Shown in pieces: positions 37,300 through 50,289 of a stretch of 64,000 nucleotides of DNA. Source of the DNA: Takakia lepidozioides. Lineage: Eukaryota; Plantae; Bryophyta. The stretch's first letter is position 1. Each line of letters starts with the position of its first letter. A model generated the notes under the pieces. That model did not search any database and was not told where the DNA came from. It was given only the letters and a program-made list of their open reading frames with translations. Where the stretch lies: the NCBI GenBank assembly GCA_030704615.1, contig CM060734.1:54064001-54128000 (forward strand), given 5' to 3'. A program made the position numbers and the translations under genes.

Positions 37300-39958
37300 A
37301 TCAAACCTGCAGATACCACTGCCAAGTTTGGGTCTATCCTGCCATCGACATTCGGAAGGTGACATGGCGCACAATTACGCACATGGTCATTCCAAGTTAT
37401 GCCATCCTGACCCTCCAAGACCAAGACGCCTGAGGGCAAGACCTCTCGAACCCTCAAAATAACACGTCCTGCAGTCACATCCAAGGTCGTAGGAGCAGTT
37501 TGCTGCAGATAGACATAGTCACCAGGGTTGAATCTCCGAACCCCAGGACGATAGCCCCCACCACGTATGGTAGCATACCTCAACGTATCACGGTGTTGTG
37601 CAATGGCAAGGTTCTCGAAAGCCATGGGCATGACTCTCTTGAACAACTTTGCACGCTGCTCACATGCACGTGCCTACACGTCCGGATCGTCAAGGTTAAG
37701 AACTGTAGCAGCTTCTCTGCGAATGGATATAGGCAAATCCGGCTCTCGGCCAAAGAGAAGAAAATATGGTGAGAAGGAGGCAAGTGATGCTTGCTTGCTG
37801 AACCTGTAGCCCATGGCTAACCAGGGTAACTAAAGGTCCCAATCTCCTAGGTGTCCCTTCTGCAAGCCATACTTGCTTACTGTCTGAACAACTCTCTCTG
37901 CCAAGCCATCGGCCTCAGGATGATCCTGAGAAGTGGTGCGGTGGTCTATCAAGGCCTTGTCACACAAAGCCTGAAACTCCCCCAAGAACTCTCTCCCTTG
38001 GTCCGTGAGTACCTCAGCTGGAGCACCGAATCGGCTAAGCACACAATCCAAGAATGCATACGCAGCTCCCTCACTAGGAACCAATTCAATCCACTTGGAG
38101 AAGTGCTCCACCATCACCAACACGTACTTGTTGTGGCGCATGGTCAGTGGCAACGGCCCTGCGAAGTCAAGACTCCACCTGTAGCCCAATCCCATGATCG
38201 GAAGAGGGTGCAATTGTGGAGTAGGGGCGTTGAATGAAGCACGCACCCTGTCACACACCATGCACCTAGCCACAAATTGTTGCACCTCTGTGTGCATACC
38301 ACGCCACCAATATTGCCCCTGCAGTAGACTATGAGTGCGTCGCACCCCAAAATGCCCCAACTCCTCATGGGCATGCCGCACTAACCGTGCCCACTGTTTT
38401 GGGTGAGGCACAATCCTCACTCGACCATCCTCCCACACTCGGAGCAGGTGTGTCCCCTCCCACTTGAACCTCTTGGCTCGTTGTAGGATCCGATCTCTCT
38501 CCTTGGCAGTCACAGTGGCTGCAGTGTCTCCAGTGCGGAGGTAGTCCAACACAACTGAATCCTCATGTATATCTTTGGCGCCACCTTGCTCCTTGTTGGC
38601 CTCAGGGTCCTCAGACACTTGATCTACAGTCATCCCTGTTGCAGGTCCAACTTGGCCTTCCGCTGCCAAGATATACAGAAATGCAGATGCATGCCATCCG
38701 GGCACCATCTCCTCGTCCGTCTCACCATGCCACCGAGCTCCAATGTTATCCTGCTGGCTCGTGCATGGATTACGACTCAACCCATCTACATTGCGATTGA
38801 CCAAACCCGGTCGATGCACCACCTGAAAGTCATACTCTTGAAGGATGAGTGCCCACCGTGCAAGCTTCCCTGTAAGCTTGTCTGACTCCATCAACCACTT
38901 GAGTGGTTGGTGATCCGTGACAAGGGTGAAGAGATTGCCGTATAGATAGCACCTGAAGTGTGCCACGGCCCACACTGCAGCTAAGCATTCTCCCTCATAT
39001 GAGCTATACTTAGATTTTGCAGCATTGTTTGAGCGGCTAGCATAAGCCACTACGAACTCTCTTCCCTCATCATCCACCTGTCTGAGCACCGCTCTAAGCC
39101 CCAGCATGCTCCAATCTGTATGCAGCTGAAAAGGACGCCCCCTGATAGGTCGTCTCAAGATGGGCGCCGAGGTCAACCTCGCCTTGAGCTCTTGAAAAGC
39201 TTGTTCTTGCTCATCTTCCCACTGCCACTCCTGGTCCACCTTGGTCAGCTTGGTTAGAGCCTTTGCAATGGCACTAAATCCCTTAACGAACCGTCTGTAA
39301 TAGTTTGCTAACCCCATGAAAGCTCGAACTCGGCTCACATCCGTGGGGCGTGGAACCTGTGCAATGGACTCTACCTTAGTCTACTGTACCCCCAATCCTC
39401 CAGGATATATCATGTGACCCAGATACTCAATCTGGTTGTGGAAAAACTTGCACTTTCCCGGATGTAACTTCAATCCGTGCGCCCTCAAGCGCTCAAATAC
39501 CCCCTGAAGGTGTCTCTTATGCTCCTCCACCGTAGCACTAAAGATGATGATGTCATCTATGTAGCACCGAGCAAACTCCACCCCTGCTAGAATCCTGTCC
39601 ATGACTCTTTGAAACTCAGCGGGAGCGTTTTAAGCCCAAATGGTAAGAACCGCCACTGGTATAGGCAATCCATCCCGTGCTCATTGATCCCCCAGAATGC
39701 TGTCTTTCGCTTATCCGCCTCCTTGATCGGCAACTGGTGATATCCGGATCGTAAATCCAACATGCTAAAGACCTTGGAATGCCCAATGGCATCAAAGATC
39801 TCCTCTAGTGTTGGCATGGCATACCTATCGGACTTGGTCTGACGATTTACAGGCCGGTAGTCACCGCACATACGTCTCTCCGTCCAATTGCCATAGACAT
39901 CCTTCTTGGCTGGCATCACTGTGGCTGAAGCATACTCTCCACCAGAGAGCTCCACCAA
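37300..39958 (-). pseudogene. Gypsy RT-RNase H-integrase (frameshifted)
   Basis: [58 protein letters not shown]. Several frameshifts and stops. Confidence 0.95.
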
Positions 39959-40261
39959 ACTTGCCTCTCAGAGATCTTGAGTCCTCATCTGAATCAAAGA
40001 CCTCTCCATGTCACTGTATCTATAGGGTCTCCGAAAGATTGGCGTGTCAGTGGCCAACTCAATACGGATCTCTTGACCCTTCAGTGCTCCCAAGTCTTTC
40101 AAACTGAAGGCAAAGCAATTCCTGTAAGCCCTCAGGAACCGCCGTATACATCGTCTCTCTCCTCCGATGACAATGGGTCCAATGTCAGGCTCCCAATTGT
40201 CCTCCGTAACTGCAACCTTAAGTCCAGTGGGCTTAGAGGTAGAGGACGCGTCCCGTGGTTG

Positions 40262-43012
40262 CTATGCTGCAACCTCTTGAGCAGTACTCCCTTCCTGCTC
40301 AGTCAATGACAAAGCCTCATCCTGCCCCATCATCTCATCATTGAGAACCTCCTCATCCCGAGAAGAATCCCCAACCTCATCCATCACAGCTGCCTTGGCT
40401 GCCAACTCCCTCTGAACCTCAAGCACCTCCCACGTGTGCCATGGATGTCTACACCCCGTGGTCCTCACCGGCTCGCCCCCACTCGCTGCCTGTACTGTCT
40501 CGGTAGGCAGAGAGACCGTCAAGGGAAGTGCACTTCGCACTCTATGTTGCTCAGCCATAGCCAAGCTGATAATCCAGGTCAAGCAATTGAGATCCATTGC
40601 TTGCCCCAACACCTGACGACGTGATGCCTCAGAAAGAGAAGGCACCGCCGTGGTCCCAGTGGAAAACCCCATAGCCCGCTCTCGCTCGTCGGCATTAGGC
40701 TCCACTAACTGCTGCAACTGAGCATCCCACAGGAGGCCAGGTCCACCATCCCGAAAAGCATGGGATCCTGGGAAGCTGAGTAGTGTAGGTAATGCTGCTC
40801 GTGGTTGACCCACTATGTTGACCACTGCCAAAGGCGAATGGTCATCGTGTCTCACACGTTGAGACTGCCTCCCTGTGTCTAAAATGCCATCCACGGTGAG
40901 GTGTGTTGGCCGCTGCACCCCATCAAATGCACGCTTGAGCAGTGCGGGTGGCATCAAGTTAGTCCACCAAAGTCGTGGATGATGAGCCCGTGACCCCACT
41001 GCAGCTGCATCCAGCAACGCTGCTGACCCAAGCCACGACCGGACTTGATGCACACTGGCCATCACCCTAGCCCGAGAATCACCCATCGGTGGCACATTCT
41101 CCAAGATGTATGCTGGAGATACAGCTTGATGAAGCTGCAAGTGGCGCAAAACCCGCACCATCTCCCAAAACAGACCCGTCCTTGAGTCTCGCAATCCATT
41201 GCCATGCCCGGCTGATGAATGCCCTTGGCAGGGCCAACCTGCCACTACCAGATTAATGGAGCCAACCTGCTCCAAATCCGGCGCCCCCAGCAACGAAATG
41301 TCTGCTGGCAAGGCTTGTTGGTATCCACGAACTACAGACACTGGCAACAAAGCATGGTACTGCTGTACTAACTGAGCAACATGGCGCAGTGAGACGCGTC
41401 GTGCAGTCTCATCCCTCTCCACATACATGTAACGCCTTACCCGCACACCTGCCTGTAGCACAGCAGCCAATCCGGTGCTAATCCCGCCAAACAAGTCCAG
41501 AAGGCAAATGCCTTCATCCGGATACTGCCACACAATAGGTGTGGTATCCAATGGTGACAACTGAGGTGGTCCTGGTGCAATACCCACACTCTCCTCCTCT
41601 CCTGACAGTACAAAAGCCTCTACCCAGGCTTGTTGCACCCGTCGATCAGCAACCTGCTGCAAATCCTTGCTCGTACCCAATGGAGTGTGAGCAACCATGG
41701 CAGGCAACTCCGCCATACCATGCATGTCATCCTGCTCTGCTGGAGGTGGCACATCCTCTGCATGGGCATTGCCTTCCAGCAACTCTCCAGGCCAACTAAC
41801 TGCAGCTGTAAAGGCGGCTAGTGTTGGCATCTTGCCCCGTTGGGCAACCGCAATACCCCCAATGAATGTCACAGGGAGCTGTGCACGACGACCATCCCCT
41901 GACTGCCATCCAGGCCTGTAGAATGCTGACTCCTCCCAAAAGTCCAGGGTGAAGCCCATGGGGTATAACACTGCCCCACCAATGAGGACATCGTAAGAGA
42001 CCGCGTCTGTCACAATGGCCTTGGCTCGCATTATTGAGCCATCGATAGGATGATCCGGCTGCAGTCTAATGGCCAACTGATGCCGTGTCATGCCCCGAGC
42101 CTGCTCTGATCCTTCCAGAGATGTCTGTATCTGGAAAAGACAAGACTCCATATCCGCCTCCATGAGGCCCAAACCTGCAATAGCAGCTCTGCCCAACATC
42201 AGTGGCTGAGCTCCCGAGTCCAACAAGACCCGCAGTGGCCGGTACTTCTTGCCTGCCGGTCCACTCAAAGAGAAAATGTCATCCTGGTTGTCTAACAAGA
42301 CAACTCCAGGTGTCACCATGGCGCGCTCAAAGGCTGGCCTAGCTGGCAGCTCCGTCAACCTGGCAGCTATAGCTTGCCAGGGCGCAGCCGTGGCAGTCTT
42401 GACCCTCAAATCCGAGGATCCCTCTGCCACTACACCTTTCACTAACTCCGCAGAAGATGAAGTGACCTCCCCACTCTCACAGAGTGTTGCTGTTAGTCTG
42501 AACACTGCAGCTGGTCTTACCCCCGGCGTCGCAATCATGGTTGCCGAGAACAGTGGGGCTTGACACACAGAGGTGGCTGCCCCCAATAACACACCGGCTG
42601 CACTAGCTTTGGTAGCAGGTGTCAGTGCTGCACGTGTAGCTCTCCCCAATGGCATAGTAACCTCCGCCTCGGTAACAGTTGGGCGAGAACTAGGTGCCAT
42701 GGATGGCGTCGACACTGTCTCCGCCAATGTAAATGACTGAGGAAGCCTCGCCTGACGGCTTGCCTCCCCACGCTGTGGATCCAATTCCACCTGTGCACCT
42801 CGTGGCTCAGGAACTCGTGATGCTCCTCGAGTCACGGCTGCAGCAGACTCCACCTGCTCTAGTGGTAGTGCTGCTCCGCACATGAATCCCATGCCTCCCA
42901 TATCTCCTCCCTCAGGAATAGGAGGTGGACCATCCCGCCTGGGAGCCGGTACCGCCTGAGCTGTAGCCATGGTAGTGAGCCTTTGCTCTAGCTGCTGAAG
43001 CCGGTTGGCCAT
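40262..43012 (-). CDS. Retrotransposon polyprotein segment: aspartic protease + DNMT3-like C5 methyltransferase (~40550-41510)
   Basis: Protease LLDSGA and DVLIG. MTase motifs: I LLDLFGGISTG, II YVERD, IV AGWPCQG, VI YILENV, VIII RAHHPRLWWTN, IX ERERAMGF, X RRQVLGQAM. All lie in one open 916-aa frame. Confidence 0.93.
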   Translation of the reverse strand: MANRLQQLEQRLTTMATAQAVPAPRRDGPPPIPEGGDMGGMGFMCGAALPLEQVESAAAVTRGASRVPEPRGAQVELDPQRGEASRQARLPQSFTLAETVSTPSMAPSSRPTVTEAEVTMPLGRATRAALTPATKASAAGVLLGAATSVCQAPLFSATMIATPGVRPAAVFRLTATLCESGEVTSSSAELVKGVVAEGSSDLRVKTATAAPWQAIAARLTELPARPAFERAMVTPGVVLLDNQDDIFSLSGPAGKKYRPLRVLLDSGAQPLMLGRAAIAGLGLMEADMESCLFQIQTSLEGSEQARGMTRHQLAIRLQPDHPIDGSIMRAKAIVTDAVSYDVLIGGAVLYPMGFTLDFWEESAFYRPGWQSGDGRRAQLPVTFIGGIAVAQRGKMPTLAAFTAAVSWPGELLEGNAHAEDVPPPAEQDDMHGMAELPAMVAHTPLGTSKDLQQVADRRVQQAWVEAFVLSGEEESVGIAPGPPQLSPLDTTPIVWQYPDEGICLLDLFGGISTGLAAVLQAGVRVRRYMYVERDETARRVSLRHVAQLVQQYHALLPVSVVRGYQQALPADISLLGAPDLEQVGSINLVVAGWPCQGHSSAGHGNGLRDSRTGLFWEMVRVLRHLQLHQAVSPAYILENVPPMGDSRARVMASVHQVRSWLGSAALLDAAAVGSRAHHPRLWWTNLMPPALLKRAFDGVQRPTHLTVDGILDTGRQSQRVRHDDHSPLAVVNIVGQPRAALPTLLSFPGSHAFRDGGPGLLWDAQLQQLVEPNADERERAMGFSTGTTAVPSLSEASRRQVLGQAMDLNCLTWIISLAMAEQHRVRSALPLTVSLPTETVQAASGGEPVRTTGCRHPWHTWEVLEVQRELAAKAAVMDEVGDSSRDEEVLNDEMMGQDEALSLTEQEGSTAQEVAA

Positions 43013-43075
43013 GCCTTGGTCAACACCCTGACCTCCGCGTCCTTGGCCATGTTGAGCTTGCCCTTGGCCTGCACC

Positions 43076-44462
43076 TCATGCCCGACCACCTCGTCCTCTC
43101 TGGGCTGGTCCACCTCGCCCCCGGCCACCATTGTTCCCTTGGAACTGGCCTGGGCGCAACTTAGGATGCAAGTCATAACACTGGGCATCTCCATGCCCAT
43201 ACTTGCCACAATGCCCACACTGCAACTGTGCAGGTTGTATTTGTGCCGGCCTTCTGCCACTCTCTGGGCAATCTCTTTTGACATGGGGTCCTCCACATGT
43301 CCAACATATCACCCCTGGTTGCTGTTGGCCTGCAAAAGATGCCACGGGCCTCTGCACCTGAGGTCCCCTGTAAGCTCCATGGAACTTGGGTTGGGAAACC
43401 TTGCCCCCCTGACCACGTTGTTGGGCAGTCCCTTGTGCCTGTGGGCTGGCAGCTACGCCTCGTGCACGCATGTCCTTACCAAATCCAATGGTAACAACTC
43501 GCTCCTCCACCATGTTGAGCTCAATCCGCTCAGCCAGCAGAAACACATCTGCTAATGTGGGTTGGGCTGCTTGTAACAGAGTTGCATCTCGCACCCTTCT
43601 CTTGAGCTCCTTGTCCAGAATTCCATACCAAAACTGGATTGCCTGAGCTTCAATAACCCCTTGGGTCACACTTATCAAGCGCCTCATACGAATGTACGCC
43701 TCTCGCAGGCTCTCACTGGGTTTGTGCTGGAAGTCTTGCAAACTTCGCAGCTTCTCTGTCCGTACACCTTGGTAGTTCCTCCGCAACTCCTGGAAGAACT
43801 CCACCACCGGGTTGAATCTAGGCACATGTGTTGTAGTCGTGGTAGGAGGAGTAGTAGCACCTTTTGAACTGGTACCACCTGCAGAAGTACCGGCACTACT
43901 TGCTCCACTACTAGTGCTGGCACTGGGAGATATTGGTACTGATGCAGCTACTGGTCGCGTCGTGCCTCGAGTAATGGAGACGTAGTCAGGTGACCAATAC
44001 ATCCTCCACTCCTCAATTTCTGCTTCATGTCCTCGCCTGAACTCGTGGTAATCGTCCATAGGCGGGCCTTCCAAATGCTGGAACAGTCCCTTCCACGCCA
44101 TGAATGGGGTGAATAGCTGTGGATTGCGCATCTGCTGCAAATCACACCAGCTGTCAAACTCCTGGATAAAGTCATCCAACTCGATTGTGCCCACAGCTCC
44201 AGAGTATCTACGAGGCCCCTTGGTAGCTCCATACATCTCCTTCCATGTCGTCCCACAACAATGGCGAATGAAACTGCACACCTGTTGATGAAGCCTCCGA
44301 GTCTGTGTCTGACTCTACAGTAGTTGAGGGTGGCGGTGAAGGTGGTCTGAACCGAATACCTCGTCTTGTGAACCCACTCTCACTGTTACTGCCTGTAGCC
44401 GTACTCCCCTCAAAACCCTTGGGTAACTCCGTGATGACACTCACAATGTGCACCTCCTCCAT
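43076..44462 (-). pseudogene. Gypsy gag with two zinc knuckles (frameshifted)
   Basis: LDDFIQEFDSWC..LQDFQHKPSESLREAY, CWTCGGPHVKRDC and CGHCGKYGHGDAQC. Confidence 0.85.
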
Positions 44463-44987
44463 GTGACACTATAATGCTCTAGTATTAATCTAATAGTGAC
44501 ACGGGTGGGCACCTGTTGCAGTCTAAGGGTCATATCCCAATGGCTCAGGGCACCTGCACCTGCATCCACCGCAAGAACTCCTATGGTTGGCTGGTCATCA
44601 ACCCAGCCTCACCATAGAAGAAACACTAGTGGTCTTGCTGGTCATCACTCCAGCCTCACCACCGACATCATACTCTAGGATTGACCGGTGATCAAATCCG
44701 ACCTAATCCCTATGAAAGCAAGCGCCCACACAAAACCAACATGGCGCACAGTCAAGCATGCAGGTGTTGGGGGGGGGGGGGATCCAAACACAAGAAATCA
44801 AAACATCAACACCCCCACACCAAAATCCAGCTGCAATGCTGATCCTGCAGAATATCCCAGCCCAAAACCCCGGACTGACTGGCCTCCACCAAGAGAGGCT
44901 TTGGCAACTACAAGTATAAGGTAATGAAAATAGTACAGAGATGGAGGGGAAGAATAGAAGCCCGACCAAGCAAGATCTAATCCTGAT

Positions 44988-45737
44988 CTATGCTATCAAC
45001 TGCCAGACTTCTCTCAAAGTGCCTCGCTCTGCATGATGGTAAGGTGTAGGAGGTATATCTATGTCCAGAAACCTGCCACTAACCTTGTCCCAAGCTACAG
45101 TAGCTCGCTCTAACCAACCCTCCTCCTCTTTCTGCCAGGTAGAGACAAAGCAACACTCTGCTATCTCCCGCTCACTGAACACTAAAGAAAACAAAGGTAG
45201 GGTCTGATAGTCTCTCAACTCGAAAGCTTTGAGACGGTTGCGGGTGTCCTCATTGCGAATGACTGCATCTCCTTCAAACAGAACAAACTTGTCCTTGCTA
45301 ATGAACCCCTGCTCGTGGTTGCCTTGTGCAGAGCGTGTCCGGCTGCAACGCTGTCTGATTGCACAAACTTGTGTAGCTCCTGCTCCTCTACTCCAGTACA
45401 CCACGGCCTTGTGGCTGAACACCTTGGTACCCGGGGCTGTCTTTGGCTGTGTTCCAAGCTTAGCTTTCACCCACTTTGGTATTTCACCTACAGCTGCAAA
45501 ACTGCTGGCTCCAACAGAGTTCTGACTGTCCAAGGCGATATTGAGGCCCTCAACGCCAACTACAGCAGTTTGTTGTCCACTGCTAATGCCTGACTCCCAG
45601 TATGCAATCAACTCGTCCAACTGTTCTCCACTCAAATCAGTCTGAGTTCCTTGGGAAACATAAATCTTGTCCCCTTGGGTGCACAGGCTAAGAGAAGAGA
45701 CCTGCCCTTCAATTACGTCCTCATTTCCCCCAGCCAT
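44988..45737 (-). CDS. Accessory ORF upstream of gag, unknown function
   Basis: 249-aa ATG-started open frame inside the element, on the same strand as gag-pol. Confidence 0.45.
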   Translation of the reverse strand: MAGGNEDVIEGQVSSLSLCTQGDKIYVSQGTQTDLSGEQLDELIAYWESGISSGQQTAVVGVEGLNIALDSQNSVGASSFAAVGEIPKWVKAKLGTQPKTAPGTKVFSHKAVVYWSRGAGATQVCAIRQRCSRTRSAQGNHEQGFISKDKFVLFEGDAVIRNEDTRNRLKAFELRDYQTLPLFSLVFSEREIAECCFVSTWQKEEEGWLERATVAWDKVSGRFLDIDIPPTPYHHAERGTLREVWQLIA

Positions 45738-47360
45738 ACAAGGAGTACATCCCCAGATTTATCTCTCATGTAGACCAGAACAGGTTCTAGAAACAGGATT
45801 GCGGATCTTTCATGGCACACTCACACTCTAAAAATTCCATAGATTTCTAGCAGAGTCCCAAAAACAAAAACCAGATGGATAGATTTCCCCTTTCTGCAGC
45901 TATCCCCTCAAAAACTGAGTCAAACGGAGCTCATTTGACAAAGATATGACCAACCAGGCTCTTTAAACATTTAAATTAGATCAAAAAGGCCATTTTTTTT
46001 TTTTTAACACCAAAACATTTTTGCCATTACAACCTGTTCCCAGGTTACAAGCGGGTGTAGGTCAGCCGAGTCTTGTGGTAAGGTGAAGAGGATGCTCGGT
46101 GCATGAAGAGCTGGGTCCGATCAGCTGGCTAAGATTTGCGTTACAGATGAGATATAAACCTCTTGAGTAGCTCATGATGGTGGAGTTGGGTCTGACATTG
46201 ACTCGTTATGATTCATCTTCTGGCCATGGCTGGTCCCGATTTGACATGCGCAGTACATCTCCAGTATCATATTCTTGTCTTTTCGAGTCCTGGCAACCTC
46301 CCGGCTCAGCAGGTTCTTGCAAGTGCGTCAAAAGTCGGGTTTCCTCCAATGCGTGTGCTCATTATCTTGCGCAGGTTGATGATGGGTCTCGTGCACCGGT
46401 CAAGCATGTCCCTCCCTATGCTTCATTCTTTCTCTTTTCGCAGGTTACAACTATATCTCCCTTTAATCCTCTCGCACGGTTGGGCAGAGAGTTGAGGCAG
46501 CTTCTTCTTCAAGAAATGTTATCTCAATCACAATTTGGGTCGTTGGACAAAGTATCCGAGTTGGCTTGTACATCTTTGAAGCCTTCCTCCTCTTCACAGG
46601 CCGCTTCGAGTGCTCTCTGTTTGCAGCACCTTCTTCCTATCTCTGAATCTCTCCCTCAGTCTAAAGAAACAGGATGCCCACAAGTAACCTATCGCATGCG
46701 ACTTCTGCTTAAAGCAAGATGGGTTGCATTCCTCCTGTTTGCTGGTGTCGTGGCCACTTTCATGTGGAAGAGGGTTCCCTGTGCCCTGTCAAATCCTACC
46801 ACCTTCTATCAAACCGACACCCGAAGTAGAAAGCAATCAAGTAGATTGGTTCCCACATTGCCATCCGCATATTTTGTGCATGGCGATTCGGGTGAGGCCA
46901 GACATTTCCTTGCTGAGCGAGGAAAAATAAGGGCGGAGAACTGCTCATGTCAAAAGGTCAAAGCCAAAGAGGTTGAAACATTGTGCGAAGGGGGACTGCA
47001 GCTGGATGCTCTGGAACCCATCGCCAGCACTCTTTGCAAGGAGTCCATCCGTCACCATCCTCAAGAAGATCAACCTGGGCCACTCGAGAGTATTGAGAGT
47101 TCTTGAGGTAAATAGAGCTACCATACCTGGTAGCCAGGACATTGAAGCTACTATGATCGTTTAAAAAAGTGGCTTGACACAAACCACGGCGTTTCTGCTG
47201 CCCTCTCCCACTTCAGCGCAGCATTCAGCGTCCAGAGAGTGAAGTCCCTCTTTCCATAAAGGTAGACCTCCACGGTAAAGAGGATGAAATGCCCGCCACT
47301 TTCTATCAGCTTTCTGTCTTCGCATATGACTCCTATCCCAAAGTGCAGGCCTGTCGTGTG

Positions 47361-49140
47361 GCGTTTAGATCTGAGTGTGCTTATGATGGGAGTGTAGGTT
47401 GTTGTGGGGTGGAGTCCCCATAGCGTGGGGTGCCCCTGGCTCGACTTCTATTTTAAAGAGTGATAGCGATGGATTTCATATTTCTTGTGTTGAGAGTGTG
47501 TGTCATGTTTAGCTTGTTTATCACTCGAGAGAGATGAGCGTTATCTAGTGTGCTGGTGCTAAGCTAGATACAATGTTTGTTTTAGCATTATTATAATATA
47601 TATCTTGGGGCGGGAGTCCATCTGGCCCTGCTGTTTCCATGGGCTGTGCGCGCAGATTCATCTCTGCTCGTGAGTTTGAAAACCAAGAGGTCTGGATATG
47701 AAGGAGCTCGGTCGCGCAGGCTCAACTCGAGAGAGATGAGCTGCGCGACTGCCGTTCTCGTGAAGATAAGACGGTTCAGGTGTCAAACTAAACTTGACAC
47801 CTGATTTAACACTTGACCTAAATCCAAGTGTTAAATACAAATAACTAGCTTTATTCTAGTTGTTTTCACACTTAGCTTATTTAACTTGACAGTGTTTTAT
47901 AATTATGAGTTCCTATTTTTGTGATACTTATATCATTGTGGCATAGCTTTCTAGGATGGCATGTTAGGAAGTGTGGTTAGATGGCGATGTGGGTTGTGGC
48001 ACGATGCTTAGGTATATGACAAGCTCAAAATTTAAATGTGTTTTCAATTATGAGTTCATATTTTTGTGATACTTAGATTGTCTGAAATTTTGTTGTAAAC
48101 TGAAAATAAGGTCTGTAAAATTGAAAATTGAAGTCTGTAAAACTGAAATCAATGGTAGTAAAAAAATATCTGAGATGTCTTACGGACTCGTTGAAAATCT
48201 TGCTGTACACTGAAAACCAAAGTTTGTAAAACTGAAATCTGAAGTATGAAACAGTAACATCAAACAAAATAGCCTATAGATCTAGAAAGTCAAATGAAAT
48301 TAGAGCAAATCCAGTAAGTCCTAGCATATACGAAATGATTGCAAAGGCTGAAGCAAGATAGATGTGAAAATAGTCATATAGACTAATATGCTGTAAGTTC
48401 TAGGTCATCTACACATAGTAGAGGGAGAGCAGCAACCTGTTCAAGCACTTTCAACTTCTTTCTCCTACCAACGTTCTCCCTCCTGAAATCCGTGGAAGAC
48501 CCTGGAATCCCCATAATGGCCTCAGCGGGACACTTCGCAATCTGCAAGGGTGGCTCGTAACTGCAATTACGACATAACATATTAGATCATATTTTGCAAG
48601 AATGATGATTTGGGGAAATGGGAACATTCAGAACATGCTAACAATGAAGACACTTACATAGAAGTTGGACTTCCTCACTCCAGCGATTGTACGTGAATCT
48701 GAATGCCATCCATGTCATCGTTCAACCAGTCAGTGTCGGCAGGTATGTTAGTGACAATGTCAAGTTATTTTACCACTAGTGTGAAACTAGCTAGGAAATA
48801 GCTAGCTTTTACATATTGACATTTGGGATTGGCCCAAGTGTCAATCCAGGGGTCAAGGCAGATTTAGGCCCTGGAGTGGTTATCTTCACGGCAAGCGCGG
48901 GAGGCTCATCTTTCTCGAGTTGAGCCTCACCACGCCTAGCTATGGCGCCGTAGTGTGGATTCCCCATGGCGTGGGGTGCACTTGGCTTGACTTGTATTTG
49001 AGTGATGAGTTTATATATGCATGAGTTTATGCTTCAGCTTTGTGAGCTCGCATGAGCTTGTGCTTGTATTCTTCTTCTTTATCACTCGAGAAAGATGAGC
49101 TCGTATCTGTGAGTGCCAGATACGAGTTAGTTGTAGCACT
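47361..49140. repeat. Unclassified repeat with multiple short hairpins and a recurring CTCGAGA(G/A)AGATGAGC motif
   Basis: 47400-47570 resembles 48950-49130. Hairpins include GGTGTCAA-ACTAAAC-TTGACACC and TTTAACACTTG..CAAGTGTTAAA. Confidence 0.5.
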
Positions 49141-50289
49141 TGTGGTTTTTGCTTGAGAATGAGAGAAACCAGGTTGTTATGTAAGGAGCACCGTGGAGCT
49201 CTTGGTTGTTAAAAGCGGAGGCGATGTGGGTTACGAGGTGATAGACCTTGGCATTCAATCTTCAGCTTCAGAGATGAAAGCACCATGCTGCAGGATTGCA
49301 AGACCAAGCGAAAGGGCTGATTTGGCTTGGGGCAAATCAGTGCACTTTGTGGAGTATGTTGAGATTGGGTTTCAATCTCGAGCTTCAGCATTGAGAGGGC
49401 TCTTGTCATAGCAAGAGCAGGGCTGGAATAGGAGCTAAGAGGTGCGGCAAGGCCATGGAATGTGCACCTAGGGTTTCAGAGCTTGGAAGAAGAGCTCTTG
49501 CACCACAAGAGGAGTGTCTTGTGGCTGTCGGCAGTTTTGGTTGCCGACCTCCACCTTCGATTAGGTTCGGTGTAGGTTCGGGCGAGGGTAGGGAACCTCT
49601 GCTCATGCTCATGCGCTCACCCCTCATGCTCATGGATTTGCAACCCCCTATATAGCCGTCGGGGTCTTGTTGATCTCGTGGGGCACATATACTCCTTCAT
49701 TATGTCAAATTGAGCTTGGCTCTTGATAAACTCCAACCGGTGTGAAGGGGAGGTAGTCCTCTTTGTCGCCCGATCTGAGCAGTGTGTTGAGAGGGGTAGA
49801 GCGCCACTTGGATCTGTAGTCATATATTTTCCTGGTGTCTCTGGTAGTGGGGGCAAGGGGGTACCCCGACCAGTGTTGATGGGCGGCCTCGTTGCTTTGG
49901 TGATATAAGAAAAGATGGTGACCTTCCTGATACTATGTGGAATCCACAACTGTGCGCGAGATGCAATCTTGGGCCTGTCGTGGGCAGGTACTGAACCTTG
50001 GGTCAGGGTTGGGGGGTTTGTTGAGTACTATTGAACAGTCCAGTTCTTCTTCGCATAGACGGTGCGGATCCCCAGCTTGCTGGGAGCCTTATGGTGCCTG
50101 AAGGAACTCGTGGGGTAGTTTGGATGCATTCGTTGGGTACAAACTTGATCTTGATGTAATCTCCGCCCCAACGCAGTCATGGGCACACATAACACGAAGA
50201 AACAAAGGAGTTTGAGAGAAACATAAGGTCACATTTATACTATGGAATAGTGCTCTTCCGGTGACGTCTTTTCATACTTAGTAGTTATC

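Larger units (their letters stand above)
36701..47358 (-). mobile_element. Ty3/Gypsy retrotransposon encoding a C5 DNA cytosine methyltransferase
   Basis: Order ORF0 - gag - PR - DNMT - RT - RH - INT. PPT-like AGCTAGGGGGGCGAT is followed by an 85-bp TG..CA unit (36701-36785). The 5' boundary is uncertain: only 7 bp (TGTCGTG) of that unit are present at 47352. Confidence 0.85.
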
